64,000 nt of DNA from Callorhinchus milii. Lineage: Eukaryota. Numbering within the stretch: position 1 is the first letter of the stretch; every line of letters begins with the position of its first letter. The notes beneath the pieces are model-generated. The model was not told the DNA's origin. It saw only the letters and a list, made by a program, of their open reading frames with translations, and did no database searches. The stretch spans positions 105,340,001 through 105,404,000 of the forward strand of contig NW_024704742.1 in assembly GCF_018977255.1 (NCBI RefSeq), in the 5' to 3' direction. Below, one piece after another: positions 13,229 to 25,702 of the stretch. Made by a program: the position numbers and the translations under genes.

Positions 13229-13340
13229 AATTATAATACTTGCATTTGATATAGTGCCTTATCACGTCGTTGAGACGCCTCAAAGTGCTTCACAGAATAT
13301 ACTGTAAAGTGAATTGACTGTATATTTTGTGGATGAAAAT
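13229..13340 (-). mobile_element. SINE family A 3' fragment
   Basis: ttgcatttgatatagtgccttatcacgtcgttgagacgcctcaaagtgcttcacagaatatactgtaaag. Confidence 0.8.
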
Positions 13341-13590
13341 ACAGGTTGTTGTTGCTTGGTGTATTGAAAGTTCTTCCTTTTGTAAAAACTAATGCCCCAT
13401 TTAGCTTACTAAAGCCTCTGAAGGCAGTGCTATAATCTAAACAAGATGCTATTTTGCAAGGGGTTTCTTCCATGTTAACTGGACCAAAGCACAGCCCTGG
13501 ATTTGTATGCAACCGGGTTTATAGCAGTCCACTTTAGCAGTACTGTGTGTCCAGTCCGGAGATTAGAAATCTGACAAAAGAGTAGGGAAT

Positions 13591-14047
13591 CAACAACAAC
13601 AACAACAACAACAAGATTCCATTTATAAAGCGCCTTTCACGTCAGGAGGACGTCCCAAGGCGCTGCACAGTTGGGTCATGACCCGAGCAGGGGGGAAATG
13701 GTCAGGGTGAGGGGAGGGAAGGGAGGGAGCGAGGAGGGGGAAATGGTCAGGGTGAGGGGAGGGAAGGGAGGGAGTGAGGAGGGGGAAATGGTCAGGGTGA
13801 GGGGAGGGAAGGGAGGGAGCGAGGAGGGGGTAGAGAGTCGAGAGGGGAGCTGAAGGCTCGGTCAAAGAGAAAGGTTTTGAGACCGGCCTTGAAGGAGGAG
13901 AGGGAGGAAGCGGCGAAGGCACTGGGGGATAGAGTTCCAGAGCCTGGGGGCTGAGAGGCTGAAGGCCCGACCACCGATGGTAGGGCGTTTGGGGCGGGGG
14001 ACGTGAAGCAGACCGGAGCCAGAGGAACGGAGGGTACGGGCAGGTAC
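13591..14047 (-). mobile_element. Young L2 LINE 3' end with three 45-bp 3'UTR tandem units
   Basis: (CAA)n tail; PARTLRSSGSGLLHVPRPKRPTIGGRAFS; almost the reverse complement of 53485-53941. Confidence 0.93.
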
Positions 14048-14264
14048 TACATGCACTAGTACTGCACTAGTACTACATTTCTGTTTGCAACCCCAGCCAT
14101 TCCTTTCTTGGCCTTTCTTGGCGAGATTGGCAGCTTAGTGCAGAATTGAGGTCAGCCTTGTGTTGTGATCCCACACCCATGTCCACACCACCATCAAACA
14201 ACGAGGAGACGTTCGTACTGTCAGTGTGAGCTGGATTAGAACTCAGTTTTAATGACTTGTGCTT

Positions 14265-14515
14265 CTCGATGAGGGGAAAGTGAGCCAGGGCTCCTACTTC
14301 TGAACACAATCATGTGAGCACTGCTGGAATCGCCGTGTGGGGATGTTGGTTGATAACAGGATTGGACTTGGCTGTAATGCCAACTATGATTGACTAATCT
14401 GCTGTCACTTGGTGTCTGGGCCACACATAAAGAATGGTCACTCGGATACCGTACTATAGGGCTCCTGGCGCCTATGAGACTGTGCCCTAGAAGGAATCGG
14501 GAGGGGAGAAAATTA
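14265..14515 (+). mobile_element. AmnSINE2-like ancient SINE 3' half
   Basis: gaggggaaagtgagccagggctcc...acaggattggacttggctgtaatgcc...aagaatggtcact...gaggggagaaaatt; related copies occur across the window. Confidence 0.5.
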
Positions 14516-15464
14516 TCATTAAAAAAATGCTACAAACAATAAAACAGTAGACAAAAATTGTATTATTAAACATTCAAGCTTTGACCATGCTGTACAGATG
14601 AACCAAATTAGATTGTGAAAACCGCAGTTGAAATGATTTAGTTTTATGTTTTACAGTGTTGCGTTTCATCTTCTGAGGCTTTCGGATGCATTTATGTTGA
14701 AGGCGATCGCAGTACCTTTGCAGAAACTGATGTGTTCTTTTGTTGAGAGATTCTGAGATCTTATTTGGAGAAAATTTCAGTGCTATCATGCTCATTTTTT
14801 ATCTGCCTGAGGTTAGAGTTAACCTTTCAACACTGTATTGGTATAACGTATCATTAGGCTTTTGGTTCTAATTCCTGCTGTTAGCTTGAATGGTTAGAAT
14901 TGCTTCCCAACCTGTGCAGCAACATTGCTGTGAAGGTGTTTAAACATAAATTGCTTTTGAGGTTCCTTGCAAAGAGCTGAACATAACCCTGGGTTTAGGA
15001 TAACTGATGGTAAATTTAACAGAAATTGATCAAGCTTATTTACTTCGATTGACTTCTCCCTTTAGTTAAATTAATTTTGAATCTGAATCTAAGTGAATTC
15101 TCTGAAATATCTCCCCTGCTGATGACTTGATGTATTGTTGGTCTTGTCGGATTTGACCTAGTTAAGAAGCTGAAGTATGAATGTATTAAATCCCAGATTG
15201 ATGCATTTCCCAAACCAGTGTTCTGCTGTGTGGTGTCCTACTATTTCACAGAAAAGTGGGTCTGAGTTACTATGTTCCAGCTGTACTATCAACTTGCATA
15301 ACATTCTAATACAGCGTGTGATTTATGCCCAAAATGTGCAATCTAAATAAATTATTTCAGAATAAATTGGCAAAATGTGAATCTTGAAATGTTCCGGTAT
15401 TTAATGGAGAACGTATCAGGATTATTTTATGCTGATATGAATTTTCAATCTGGATGTATTGGTA

Positions 15465-15835
15465 GCAGGGGGCACACTGGATTTGCACTCTGTGCGTTCA
15501 TGTGTGGGATCCAGGTTCAAATCCACCCTAGACTGATAGCATGAAATCTCCCATTTCAGCTGGCTGTGAGGGTCCTGTATTTGGATGGTCTGAACTCAGT
15601 TCCCAGTGAGCAGAAAACTGGCGATAAATTGGCTCTGATCAGCGCAAGATAGGCTATGAAAATGGCTGATGTGAGAAATGAAAATGTCATGTTGGCGCAG
15701 AAGGGATTCCTCTACTGATGCTCTTCTGAGACTGGAACTGAATGAGTCAGTGTTGGGTCAAAGCAGAGGGAATTCTTCATTACCCTGCATCTGTCTTCCT
15801 TAACCTGGAATGCTTGATGCCAGCACTGGGTAACG
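15465..15835 (+). mobile_element. Degraded tRNA-headed SINE, LF-SINE-like
   Basis: B-box-like ggttcaaatcc, then ctcagttcccagtg...aattggc and cagagggaattc...cctggaatgcttgatg; family assignment from memory only. Confidence 0.35.
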
Positions 15836-16311
15836 AAGTGGAAATGTGTTCCATTCCCTCACCTTGAGCTGAGCAAACATTTGCAAAGGTGTGGGGGGGA
15901 TACACAACTGGTTTCAGCCTGGCATAGTTGATAGTATTCTCATTTCTGGTTCTGAAGGCTGGTTTCATGTCACATTTTAACGCCATCAGATATTAAAGGG
16001 TGCAGACTACATTGAACGGGATGCCACACTCTCTGGCTTTGAGATTGTGTCTTAAAAACTAATGGGATACACAATGCCTGTTTTGACCCGTAAGGACAAA
16101 ATAAATAATACCAATTAAAGCCTCCTTATGTATCCATTCATTTTGCTCACTTCAGCATCTGGATAATGTATGATGTCCTCAATTTAACCCCTCTGGATAG
16201 TATAGTACAGTACCACAAAAATCCAATAAGATATCCCTTTTTTATGTTTATTTAGAGACTGTTATTGAGTGCAGGGTAGTCTCAGCGCAAAAATTATGGC
16301 ACAGGTTAGGT

Positions 16312-16705
16312 TGGAATGATTTTCTTCACTCAGAGGGCTGTTGAAGTTCAGAATAAATTACCACAAGTAGCTATTGAGGTTGGATCAGTGTAATTCTTCA
16401 ACAGGAAGCTTGGTAAGAACTTGAGTGTTCTGAAACTCTGGAACAGTCCCTCTCCCTCAACTCTCCCTCAATCCCTCCTCCTTGCCCCCTTTGTCCCCAT
16501 CTTCAGGTCCTGCCTGAAGACTTTCCTTTTTGACCGTGCTTACGGTCACCTTCCCCCTCCCTCTCTCTTGGTGTCGTGCTCTGCCACTGTCAAGCACTCT
16601 GGGATGCTACCCTGGATGAGGGCTGCTATGTAAATGCAAGTTGTTGTTGTTGAGAAGGCAAAATATTAAGAGATACAAAGAAAGAACTGAAAAGTGGGAT
16701 TAATT
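16312..16705 (+). mobile_element. CR1 3' fragment containing a nested L2 3' end (16426-16651)
   Basis: CR1 FFTQRAVEV.NKLP...aagaacttgag | L2 ctctggaac...atgcaagttgttgttgttgag | CR1 resumes aaggcaaaatattaagagatac...aagtgggattaa. Confidence 0.75.
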
Positions 16706-18211
16706 TTACTGAAAATGTTTTTTTAATAATAATGTGTCGCAATGGCACAAACTTGATAGGCAGATACATTTGTACTGTATCCGATTCTCCCTTTTTAGCA
16801 CATTATTTCTTGGTGATTGTATGTTAATTGTTTATCAATACACAAAATTATTGAGAGCACAGTTGTCAATTGCTGACTGGAGACGTTGAGAAACATCAAT
16901 GCTCTGGAGTGATTTGATCGTCAGCATCGACCATGTTGCTTTTGTTGGATGCATTACTCACTGGAGAGCAGAAGAACCCAGCGAATGCATGTGAGGATGC
17001 ATAACAGTTCTGAACCATTTCAAGGCTGATAGGTCTCACCTTGGGATTCAAATGTGGCTTGTAAACTGCTCAAGCTTCATTCCTGTATTTCATGATGTCC
17101 TCGAAGTCTCTCAATGAGATTACTTCCTTTCAATCACTTCCAGATATTCTTTATGATAAATTATCATTGATAAAGACCTAGGTTGCCCATGTTATAGAAC
17201 TCTATGCATGTATATTGATGGATGCAAACTGCTATTCAGCTCTTCAAAGCTGATGTTCTGTGCAGTGTTTGGTATTGTACGTGGTCTGTACGTGGTCATT
17301 TGAAGTATTCGGCTATACTGTGATTTATATCCAGGTGAATTACTGCATTTTACAGCACGAATGTCATCTTGGTACAGATCAATCCACTTAATCTAAAAGC
17401 TAGTAATGTTGACATCAAAGTACTTTTACAGACAAGCTAAGGTTTTGTATGCTTCTTCAGCAAGATATAACAGTTTGAGGTGCGTAGTGGTTTGGTACTG
17501 TCATGAGTGCAAACAAAGAAAAATAGCTATTGAGTGGTCTTCAAGTCAGTCAGTTTTCTCCAACCCCATTTACAGTTTCATGCTTTGGTGCGATAGAGCC
17601 TGACATTGTTCCTGAGACTGGCAAAGACTCTGGTCTTTGTTGGATTGTTTTCTGCTTCCCTAGTGTTGCTTTTCACTGGTGAACTGATTTGGTCTTCAAA
17701 GTGGACTGGAAGTGATTAGATTTTGAGACAGAATCTTATAAAGAACCAATTATATACCTGCTTTATTCAGGTAGACTTCAAATAAATAATTGAGAGGCCA
17801 TGCCTCGGACCTCAGGGAGCTGTATTGTTTCTCGAGGGATGGCATTGGGAATCTTGTAAACATAAGAATGAAGAGAACATTGTAGAGTTTTCAGTTCTCT
17901 GTCTGCAATGCATTACACTGAGAAAGGAAATGAACTGAATTCGATTCACATTTGCAAAGGGAGGATGCAAATTACTGTATTCTTGTCCCTTAATTCTCCT
18001 TCTCCCTGCTTAGTGCTGCCTATCATAATTGTTAAGAGCTTTGAGATTTTGATTGTGTGTGGAAAGTGCTATAAAAGTGTAAGCTTTTGTCTCCACACGC
18101 CAGGCCCATTTGCTGCTTGCTGTCACAGTGCAGACTGTTTGACTGTGACTGGAGGGAAGTTTAAGGCTGGCCTGGAAAAATAATTTTCGGGTTTCATGAG
18201 GATGTGGAAGA

Positions 18212-18822
18212 TGAATCAAAAGCAGGAAACGTTGGAAATGGTCAGTCAGCATCTGAAAGAGAAATAGATTAACATATTAACTTATAAATCATTGGTGAGA
18301 CCATACTTAGAGTACTGTGTACTGTTCTAGTCGCCGCAGTACAAAAAGGATATGGGAGAAATTGAGACGATATAGAGGAGGGCAACCAAAATGATTGAGG
18401 GGATGGAGGAACTGGACTATGAGGAGCGACTAAGTAAATTGGGCATGTTCACGCTGGAAAAGAGAAGATTGAGAGATGGCATGATTGCTGTCTTTAAGAT
18501 TCTAAAGGGGCTAGACAATATACATCATGACAGACTGTTTCAACTTGTCCAGAATAGTAAAACCAGAGGACACTGCCTGCGATTGAAGGGGGGGAAATTC
18601 AGAACGAATCTATGCAAACACTATTTCAGAGAGCGAATAGTGAACCTGTGGAACAGGCTCCCTAGAGAGATGGTTGAAGCAGGAAGTCTTTCAAACACAG
18701 ATTAGATATGTGCATGTGACCACCAGGAAGGTGGAAGGCGAACTAGATGGACCTTGGTCTTTGTCGTCTAGCATTTCTTGTGATCTTATGTTCTTATGTT
18801 TCAGTCATAGCCCTTTATCAGA
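18212..18822 (-). mobile_element. Penelope-like terminal-repeat fragment split by the CR1 (18212-18277 and 18797-18822)
   Basis: The two halves join to gttggaaat...cagcatctg..agagaaa..gattaac|gtttcag...ccctttatcaga, resembling the reverse complement of 63655-63787. Confidence 0.45.
18282..18800 (+). mobile_element. CR1 LINE 3' fragment (ORF2 C-terminus, 3'UTR, (TTCTTATG)-type tail)
   Basis: LYKSLVRPYLEYC...YEERLSKLGMFTLEKRRLRDGMI...KTRGHCLRL...VNLWNRLP; tail atcttatgttcttatg. Confidence 0.92.
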
Positions 18823-19354
18823 TGGATGGCTGATTCAACCTCTTTATGGAGAGATGAAGCACGTAGGTTTAATGCCAGCAGTTCTACTGAAGTCAATTCT
18901 ACTTCTAATTTGGCAAAAAAAAATCTACGTGAGGTGCAAGTGGAAGCTTAACAATTTTTTTTCCCCTAAAAGGGGTAGGGTACAGATAGTGTCAGCAGTT
19001 CAGAAAAACAAAGTCTCCTTGAAGTAAAGTGAAGTATTTGTTTGGTTGATTTCTCTTTGTTTGATTCAATGTCATGTTGAAATGAATTGGCTCCCTGTCA
19101 ACTGGGTGAAGAACTTTGAAGTGTCCTCCTGATATGAAAGGTATTGTTGTTTATTTCAATCCTTATAATCCTTGCATTTGACAGAGTGCTGTTTCATGTC
19201 ATTATAATGTCTCAAAACTCTTCACTAAATTTACTGTAAAGTGTAGTGACTTTTCATTTGTGGGCAAACATGGCAGTCAATTAACACACAGTCACAAAGT
19301 GAGTGACCAGTTTTAACTGGAGGATTGTTGGGCAAGACACCAGAAGAAACTCCC

Positions 19355-19782
19355 TTTATCTGATTAAGATTTTTAAAATAATAAAGGCATTCAATTGGGT
19401 AGATACAGGTAAACTATTTCCTCTGGTGAGGGAATCCAGAACAAGGTGGCATAGTCTTAAAATTAGAACTAGGCCATTTAGGAGTGAAATCAGGAGGCAG
19501 TTTTTCACCCAAAGGAAATTGGGAACTTTCTCCCCCAAAAGGCTGTGGATGCCTTCACATTTTTACCACTGAGGTTGATAGATATTTAAGCGCTGTGAGA
19601 CGCCTTCCGGTGTGGAGGGCGCTATATAAATCCAAGTTGTTGTTCTTATATTTGTTGGTGATATCAATGGATATGGGCAATGGTGAGTAATTGGACTTGA
19701 GGTACAGATCAGCCATGATCTTATAGAATGGTGGAACAGACTCAAGGGGCTGAATGGCCTACTCCTGTTTCTATGTTTCTAT
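19355..19782 (+). mobile_element. CR1 LINE 3' fragment with a small nested L2 tail (about 19588-19647)
   Basis: LFPLVRESRTRWHSLKIRTRPFRSEIRRQFFTQR; 3'UTR ggggctgaatggcctactcctgtttctatgtttctat; insert flanked by atattt on both sides. Confidence 0.85.
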
Positions 19783-20593
19783 TGCCGTTTTATTGGTGTT
19801 ACTAGAGCAAAACTGGGATGGATTGAAGTTAAGTGAAATCGTGTGGGTTTAACTACAGTGTGCCACTCGTGAGATCTGTGGGATCCATGAGTGGCTGGCT
19901 GCTTTTAGTACTTTGTGTAGCCCTGGAGTGACATTAGAATCGTACTTCTGATATTAGTACCTGTATGCAGACAGCAGGAAGTGCTGGTCTAGTGATGTGA
20001 TGCTCTTGCATCTGTCTGACTACTACAGATAACAGTGTTACAGGAGGGCAAATGCTGGGGATCTAGGGCATTAACCCAGCTATACCAGCGTGCCAAGTAT
20101 GAAGGGATTGTCATGACAATCATAACAATAATATGCGATAGAATAAACATTTTCTTTTCAAAATAATAATAATAATCTTTGCATTTGATATCACGCCTTT
20201 CAAGTCGTGATTCACAGGATTCACTGTGAATTATAATTATTATATTATGGGACAAAAATAACTTGATCTCCGATTAATATTTTGTTTATTTTTCCAGTGG
20301 AGAGATACACATTGTGTGGCTGTGCTGAGACAGCCATAATCTGGGTTCAGTATTTAAAGTTTCTGTTGTATAAATGTTGCTGCTTTTTTCTGTTCTCCAG
20401 TCCTTTACATTGCTTGCCAGCTCCATGGGGATCGCAAAAGAGTCTCTCTGGCTGCTTTTCACACTGAGGGCGATTAAAAGATTAAAACTCAAATTGAGGT
20501 TTAATTCAGCCAAGCGTCTGAGGTATCACCAGTGCTTTTCACCTTGCCTGTAATCCATTGTCCTGATTCTGTCTGTCCAGGAGCAAGAGTCAT

Positions 20594-20695
20594 AAATATG
20601 CAGTCAGTTCACTTTACAGTCTATTCTGTGAAGCGCTTTGAGACGTCTAGAAGACATGAAAAACGCTATATCAAATGCAAGGATTATTATTATTA
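20594..20695 (+). mobile_element. SINE family A 3' fragment
   Basis: atatgcagtcagttcactttacag...gctatatcaaatgcaaggattattattatt. Confidence 0.8.
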
Positions 20696-20914
20696 CGGCA
20701 GAGAGACAGAGAAAACCCAGAGCCAGCAAACCATTCAATCCCCTAAACATAAGTATACATCCAGGCTGGAAACTCACAACCCAGCTGCTGGGAGTCGTAG
20801 AGGTGCTCTTTACTTCTCTATTTGTTTCTATTTGTTCTGAGAAGTTCTGTGCTTGTATTTTTTTCTTTCTCAGAGCCCTAAACAGTGACGGTGTTTAACG
20901 TGGAGCTGGGTAGA

Positions 20915-21260
20915 TAGACAAGGTGACCATCGGCACTTTTGAAGAGGAAAGTCTTTGGAAATGGGCAAATACGGGCAAGGCAGAGGGAATAAGGCAAAGA
21001 GCTCCAGAGGTTCAGAGAGTAGTGACTGAAGGCATGGCGGCCGATGGCGGGGAGGAGGGGTCGAGGGATGTGCAGAAGGCCTGAACCAGGCGAGCGAAAA
21101 GGACAGTTAGGCAAGTGGGGTGTGAGCAGATTAGAGTGGTTAGGAGGCACTAGGGCATGAAGCAATTTGTAGATGAATGTGAGGATCTTGAAATTGATCT
21201 GTTCTGCGACAGGGACGGGGGATGGCAAGAGGCAAGGCCTGGGGCAATCCAAAGTGATGT
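20915..21260 (-). mobile_element. Older L2 LINE 3' fragment
   Basis: INFKILTFIYKLLHAL...RSPGSGLLHIPRP..PAIGRHAFS...LWSSLP. Confidence 0.8.
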
Positions 21261-23532
21261 ACAGGGAAGTGCTGGGCGATGACAAATTAGCAAAGTTGGA
21301 GTATTTTATTGGGTATTTATATTGATCACAGTCTATTCCCATAAACACAGCTGCTATATTATTACTTTGATCTTATGTCTGGAAACAGTTTATAATCACA
21401 ATCGTGACGATGAGTTGTTGGCAACACAACTTGTTGGCAGCCCACACGCTGTGGTTATGAGTCTCGCAGGTTGTTTTTTGTTTACTTCCAGCTTATCGTC
21501 GCTGCAGTAAAAGTGAAGAGCTGGAATGAAGAGGCTCATAGATTATGTGGAGCTATTTTGCGAGATGAGAAAATTACTGCAGTTAAATATTTTATCATTT
21601 GTTATCCTTCGTTTGAAGCTAACCTCTCCCAACGCGCTTTGCCGTTTTTAATATTCAAAACACAAAAGCGCTCTTAAAAATATATAAAACAATATTGGCT
21701 GGAGTTGGATGGCAGCTGAGAGATTTCCACCCATTAAAGTGAATTATATTGGTTGCATGGTGATTCCTAAACTGGTGGTCAGCAATTAGACCAAATTAAT
21801 ACAGATTGAAGACAGAGTAGAGCTGGTTTATTTTATTTTAGGTAGATGAGCACAGTGGAGATGACGATCAGTCTCGTTCTTTTTAATAACCATTTATCAT
21901 TAACATGTACGGAGCGCTGCTGCTTATCATTATGAGCTCTTAAAGCTATTATCTTCCCCTGAAGACATTTTGTCCTGAGCAAAAATGTACTGGGGTCTAT
22001 TTGTAATAATTATAGACTGTTAAATATGCACTGTTTATAACGCATTTCACTGATTTATACCTTCATTGTGCAATTTGAGATAATGTCTTCCAGAGAAACT
22101 TTTTGGAACTTCACTGAAAACTATGATGCTAAACTGCCCATGCGTTAGTGAATTGTTGTCAGTAACAAAATACAGACCAAGGCGAAAAAAATAGCAGTGA
22201 AATTGAGCCAGCCTATAAAATATTTAAGCAGGATTTTTGGGGGGAAGGGGTGGAATTTCTGAGACTAAATAAAAATAAATGACTCCTTACTGGGGAAAAC
22301 TACAGCACACACTAAATGCAAGTCCTGGAAAAGTAGGGAGAGAAATTCACCTGGCTCCAGATTTACTCTCAGCTTTTTCAGAATGACCAGAATTTTAGCA
22401 AATTGTGGAAGTTGGTCTTAACTTTTAAGTCTGTTTTCAGTGGCTCTTAAAAAAAATCTCAGAAAACCAGCTTGATTTTGAAATCAAGGCTGCTTTTAAG
22501 AAGTTGTCAAATTCTGGGCTCTCTGAAATACTGAGAAAACCGAATAAATTTAGACTCGGGTGGAAGTACTCTGTAGTTGGGAGTATAAATTAGTTTGTTG
22601 GGTGTTCAAGAGATTGCTTGTGAAAAGATATTGTGCACTGTCTCATAGGGTTTAGAAGTAAAATCAAGGATGATTGAAAGGGAGACATATGATTAAAAAG
22701 GTGATATTTTTGCCTACAAAATACATAAATACTGCACTCTACAGCAATTACCTGTGAAGTGCTTTAAAAAGCAATGACATTATCGGCCCTATATCAAATA
22801 CAAGTATTATTATTATAGATATTGGAGAAATGAGAGGATAATATATAGAGAAAGGGTTAGGAAATGGGATTACCAGATCTGCACAATCTAATAAACTCAC
22901 AGCACAGGCTCATCTGGTTGAATAGCCTCCTTCTGTTCTTATGTTCCAAATGTTCTTTATTTCCATGTGTAAGTAGCATACAATTGTGGAACGGACTCTG
23001 GTTTGGATACTCTGAAGCATGGTGATGGGTTGCCGCAGGTGTCAGGCACCCAGCAGGCCAAATAAAAGGCTCTTTTCTGGACTGATTTGAGAAGGATCTG
23101 AATTCGGAATGGTTTGTTCCTTTGGATGACTGCGTGTTTCCAATTAATATCTTGGAGCTTTGAGCAAGTTTGACTGGACTGTGAAGTTTCAGAAGATACA
23201 GTGAAAGCTGCATTTGATAAATGTGATTTATTACATTTCACTTGTGTTTTTCCCTACAATTTTTCCTCTTCTCTGTCTCGAAGATGTTGCTTGTTATTGC
23301 ACTCCCTCTGTCCTGCTATCCGTAGCCAAACCTTCAGCCACTAATCCCCGTTCTCTGGAACTCTCTCTCAAAATCTGCCTTCCCTTCATAAACCTGATAA
23401 CTATATAGCAACTGAGATTCAATCAAGTGTATAAAAGCAGTTGATGGGTGGAATTCTGATTCTGTTATTTGCAGCTGAACATCAAAGTGCCATTTGGTTT
23501 GTTGTGCTGCATTATGTCCTGTTGCCAAATGA

Positions 23533-24332
23533 GTAAGACCTCGGTCGCTGGCAGCATCAACCTCCACGGCTGCACACTCAACCTCACTAAGCCAGTCAGG
23601 AATCTGGGTATCTTGTTTGACCCTGAACTGTCCTTTTTCCCCCACATCTGCGCCATGACCGGCACTGCCTACCACCACCTCCGCAACATTGCCAGACTCC
23701 GCCACTGCCTCACCCCTCAGGCTGCCGAAACCCTCACCCACGCATTCCTCATATCAAGGCTCGATTATGGAAACTCCCTCCTCATCAACCTTCCCAACTC
23801 TTCCCTTTACAAGCTGCAGATCATCCAAAACTCTGCAGCTCATGTACTCTCACGCACCAGGCTCCGTGACCCCATCACTCGACTCCACTGGCTCCCCATC
23901 CCCCAGAGGATCGAATTCAAGATCTTCGTCCTCAGTTTCAAGGTCATCCATGGCCTTGCCCCTTCCTACCTCTTTGACCTGCTGACTCCCTACCAACCTG
24001 TCCGCTCCCTCCGTTCAGCGGGCTCCGGTCTGCTCCATGTCTCCCGCCCGACCCGCCCTACCATCAGTGGCCGGGCTTTCAACCTATTTGCCCCCACACT
24101 GTGGAACTCCATCCCACAGTCTCTTCGCCTCGCTTCCTCCCTTGCCTCCTTCAAGGCTGGTCTCAAGACCATCCTCTTCAATCGTGCCTTCAGTCGCCCT
24201 CCCACCTCTCCTTCCCTCATCCCTACCCCACCCCTCCCGCATGCTCTGGTCCTGACCCCTCACTATCCAGCGCCTTGGGACGTCCTCCCAACGTGAAAGG
24301 CGCTCTATAAATGTAATTTTGTTGTTGTTGTT
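23533..24332 (+). mobile_element. L2 LINE 3' ~800 bp with an open ORF2 C-terminal frame
   Basis: VRNLGILFDPELSF...SRLDYGNSLL...LQIIQNSAA...LHWLPIPQRIEFK...WNSIPQSLRLASSLASFKAGLKT; (TTG)n tail. Confidence 0.95.
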
Positions 24333-25499
24333 GGTTGCACTTACAGATCACAACTGTTATTGTATTCAGTGTCAGCTGCAAAAGAAGGGAACCCAGTGGC
24401 TGCTCTCTTGTTTGCTCCACTCTCGGCGTACTCAGATGCTTGTAACAGTCAGTGCCTGGAGGGTTCGATGTTTCCATTGGAGAATGAGTCCTTTTAAGAT
24501 CTTTAGCCTTTCTTGCTATCCCCCTGTCCACCCCCACCAACCCGTTTGTAGGCGATCACCTTCAAAATTCATGATAACTGTGTGAGTTTTCCTGCTGTTG
24601 AAAGATGCTAAAACACCTTACTGTAACTTATTTGCTCCCCTCGTGTCCTGATGTGGGTGTGTTGGCAGGCTGTTTGAGTGTGGGACAGGAAGTGACATCC
24701 ATAAAGTAAAATATTCCATTTGATCACTTAACCAGCTCTTCAACATTTAAAAAAAACACACATCTCTAATTTTGGTGTTGAGTAGATGTTCGGCCAGAAT
24801 ACCAAAACACCAGTGTTATTTTGCTTTGGCCGATTGTAAACAATATAGAGCAGGTGGTATAAAGCTAGCTTCTCACTGCACAGCCCTCATCCCAGTGGGT
24901 TGTGAAGCGGCTTCTCTCCTGGCGTTACATCCATAGCATAAAATAAAGAAGTTTATACTTTGTGGCGCAATGTCGACACAGATGTGAATGATATAAAGCA
25001 AACAGCCTGAGGTCTTTTGCAGCAGCTAATTTGGAACAAAGTGTGGTGTTTGGCTCTGTGCTGTGCTGCAATGTGGATGGATTCCATGTCTCTGCTCCCA
25101 TTAGAGGAATTGAACGCTGAAACCTTGCTCTGCTGCAGAACAATGTCCTTTTGTTCTCACAAAGCAATAATGCGATACCTGTGATAGTAAATCAAATCAC
25201 AGGTCTCGTTGGGTCACACGCCATATTTGGAGGCAGATCTCTGTGTGGTGCAACTTTAAGCTGGATGTAAGTTTGTATATTGTAAATCATAAATGTGGAG
25301 GCATTTGCCTACAAAATACAGTCACTATACTTTTGAAGAATATCACTTTGAAACATTTTCCCGATGTGAATGGCACTCTATCAAATGTAATGATTATTGT
25401 GATTCCAAAAAAGGCTCATTGGTTTGGGTTTAGGGATAGGAAAATTAGCTGCTCTTCATGTACTTTATTGCTATCCAGTAACTTTTGCTGGAGATACTT

Positions 25500-25702
25500 G
25501 AGAGCGGACATTGACTGTGGACCGGATTGCGCTTCTCTGTGATGCATATTGTGGTTCATTAGCCTGCCAGCACTCACTGCTGCGTCTCCCTATGAGTGAT
25601 GCCCATTGAAGCAAGGTAATGGCGAGTGACATTGGGATTGTGGCTGAGTGGAAGAAAAATCAAATGAAGTTCCCTTGAAGGAGAGAAAGTTGGAGGAGAA
25701 AC
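25500..25702 (+). mobile_element. AmnSINE2-like 3' fragment
   Basis: ggaccggattgcgcttctctgtgatgc...tagcctgccagcactcactg. Confidence 0.4.

Noticed and set aside
13690..13830. CRISPR-like array
   Set aside because: These are head-to-tail tandem units without unique spacers, inside a LINE 3'UTR in eukaryotic DNA.
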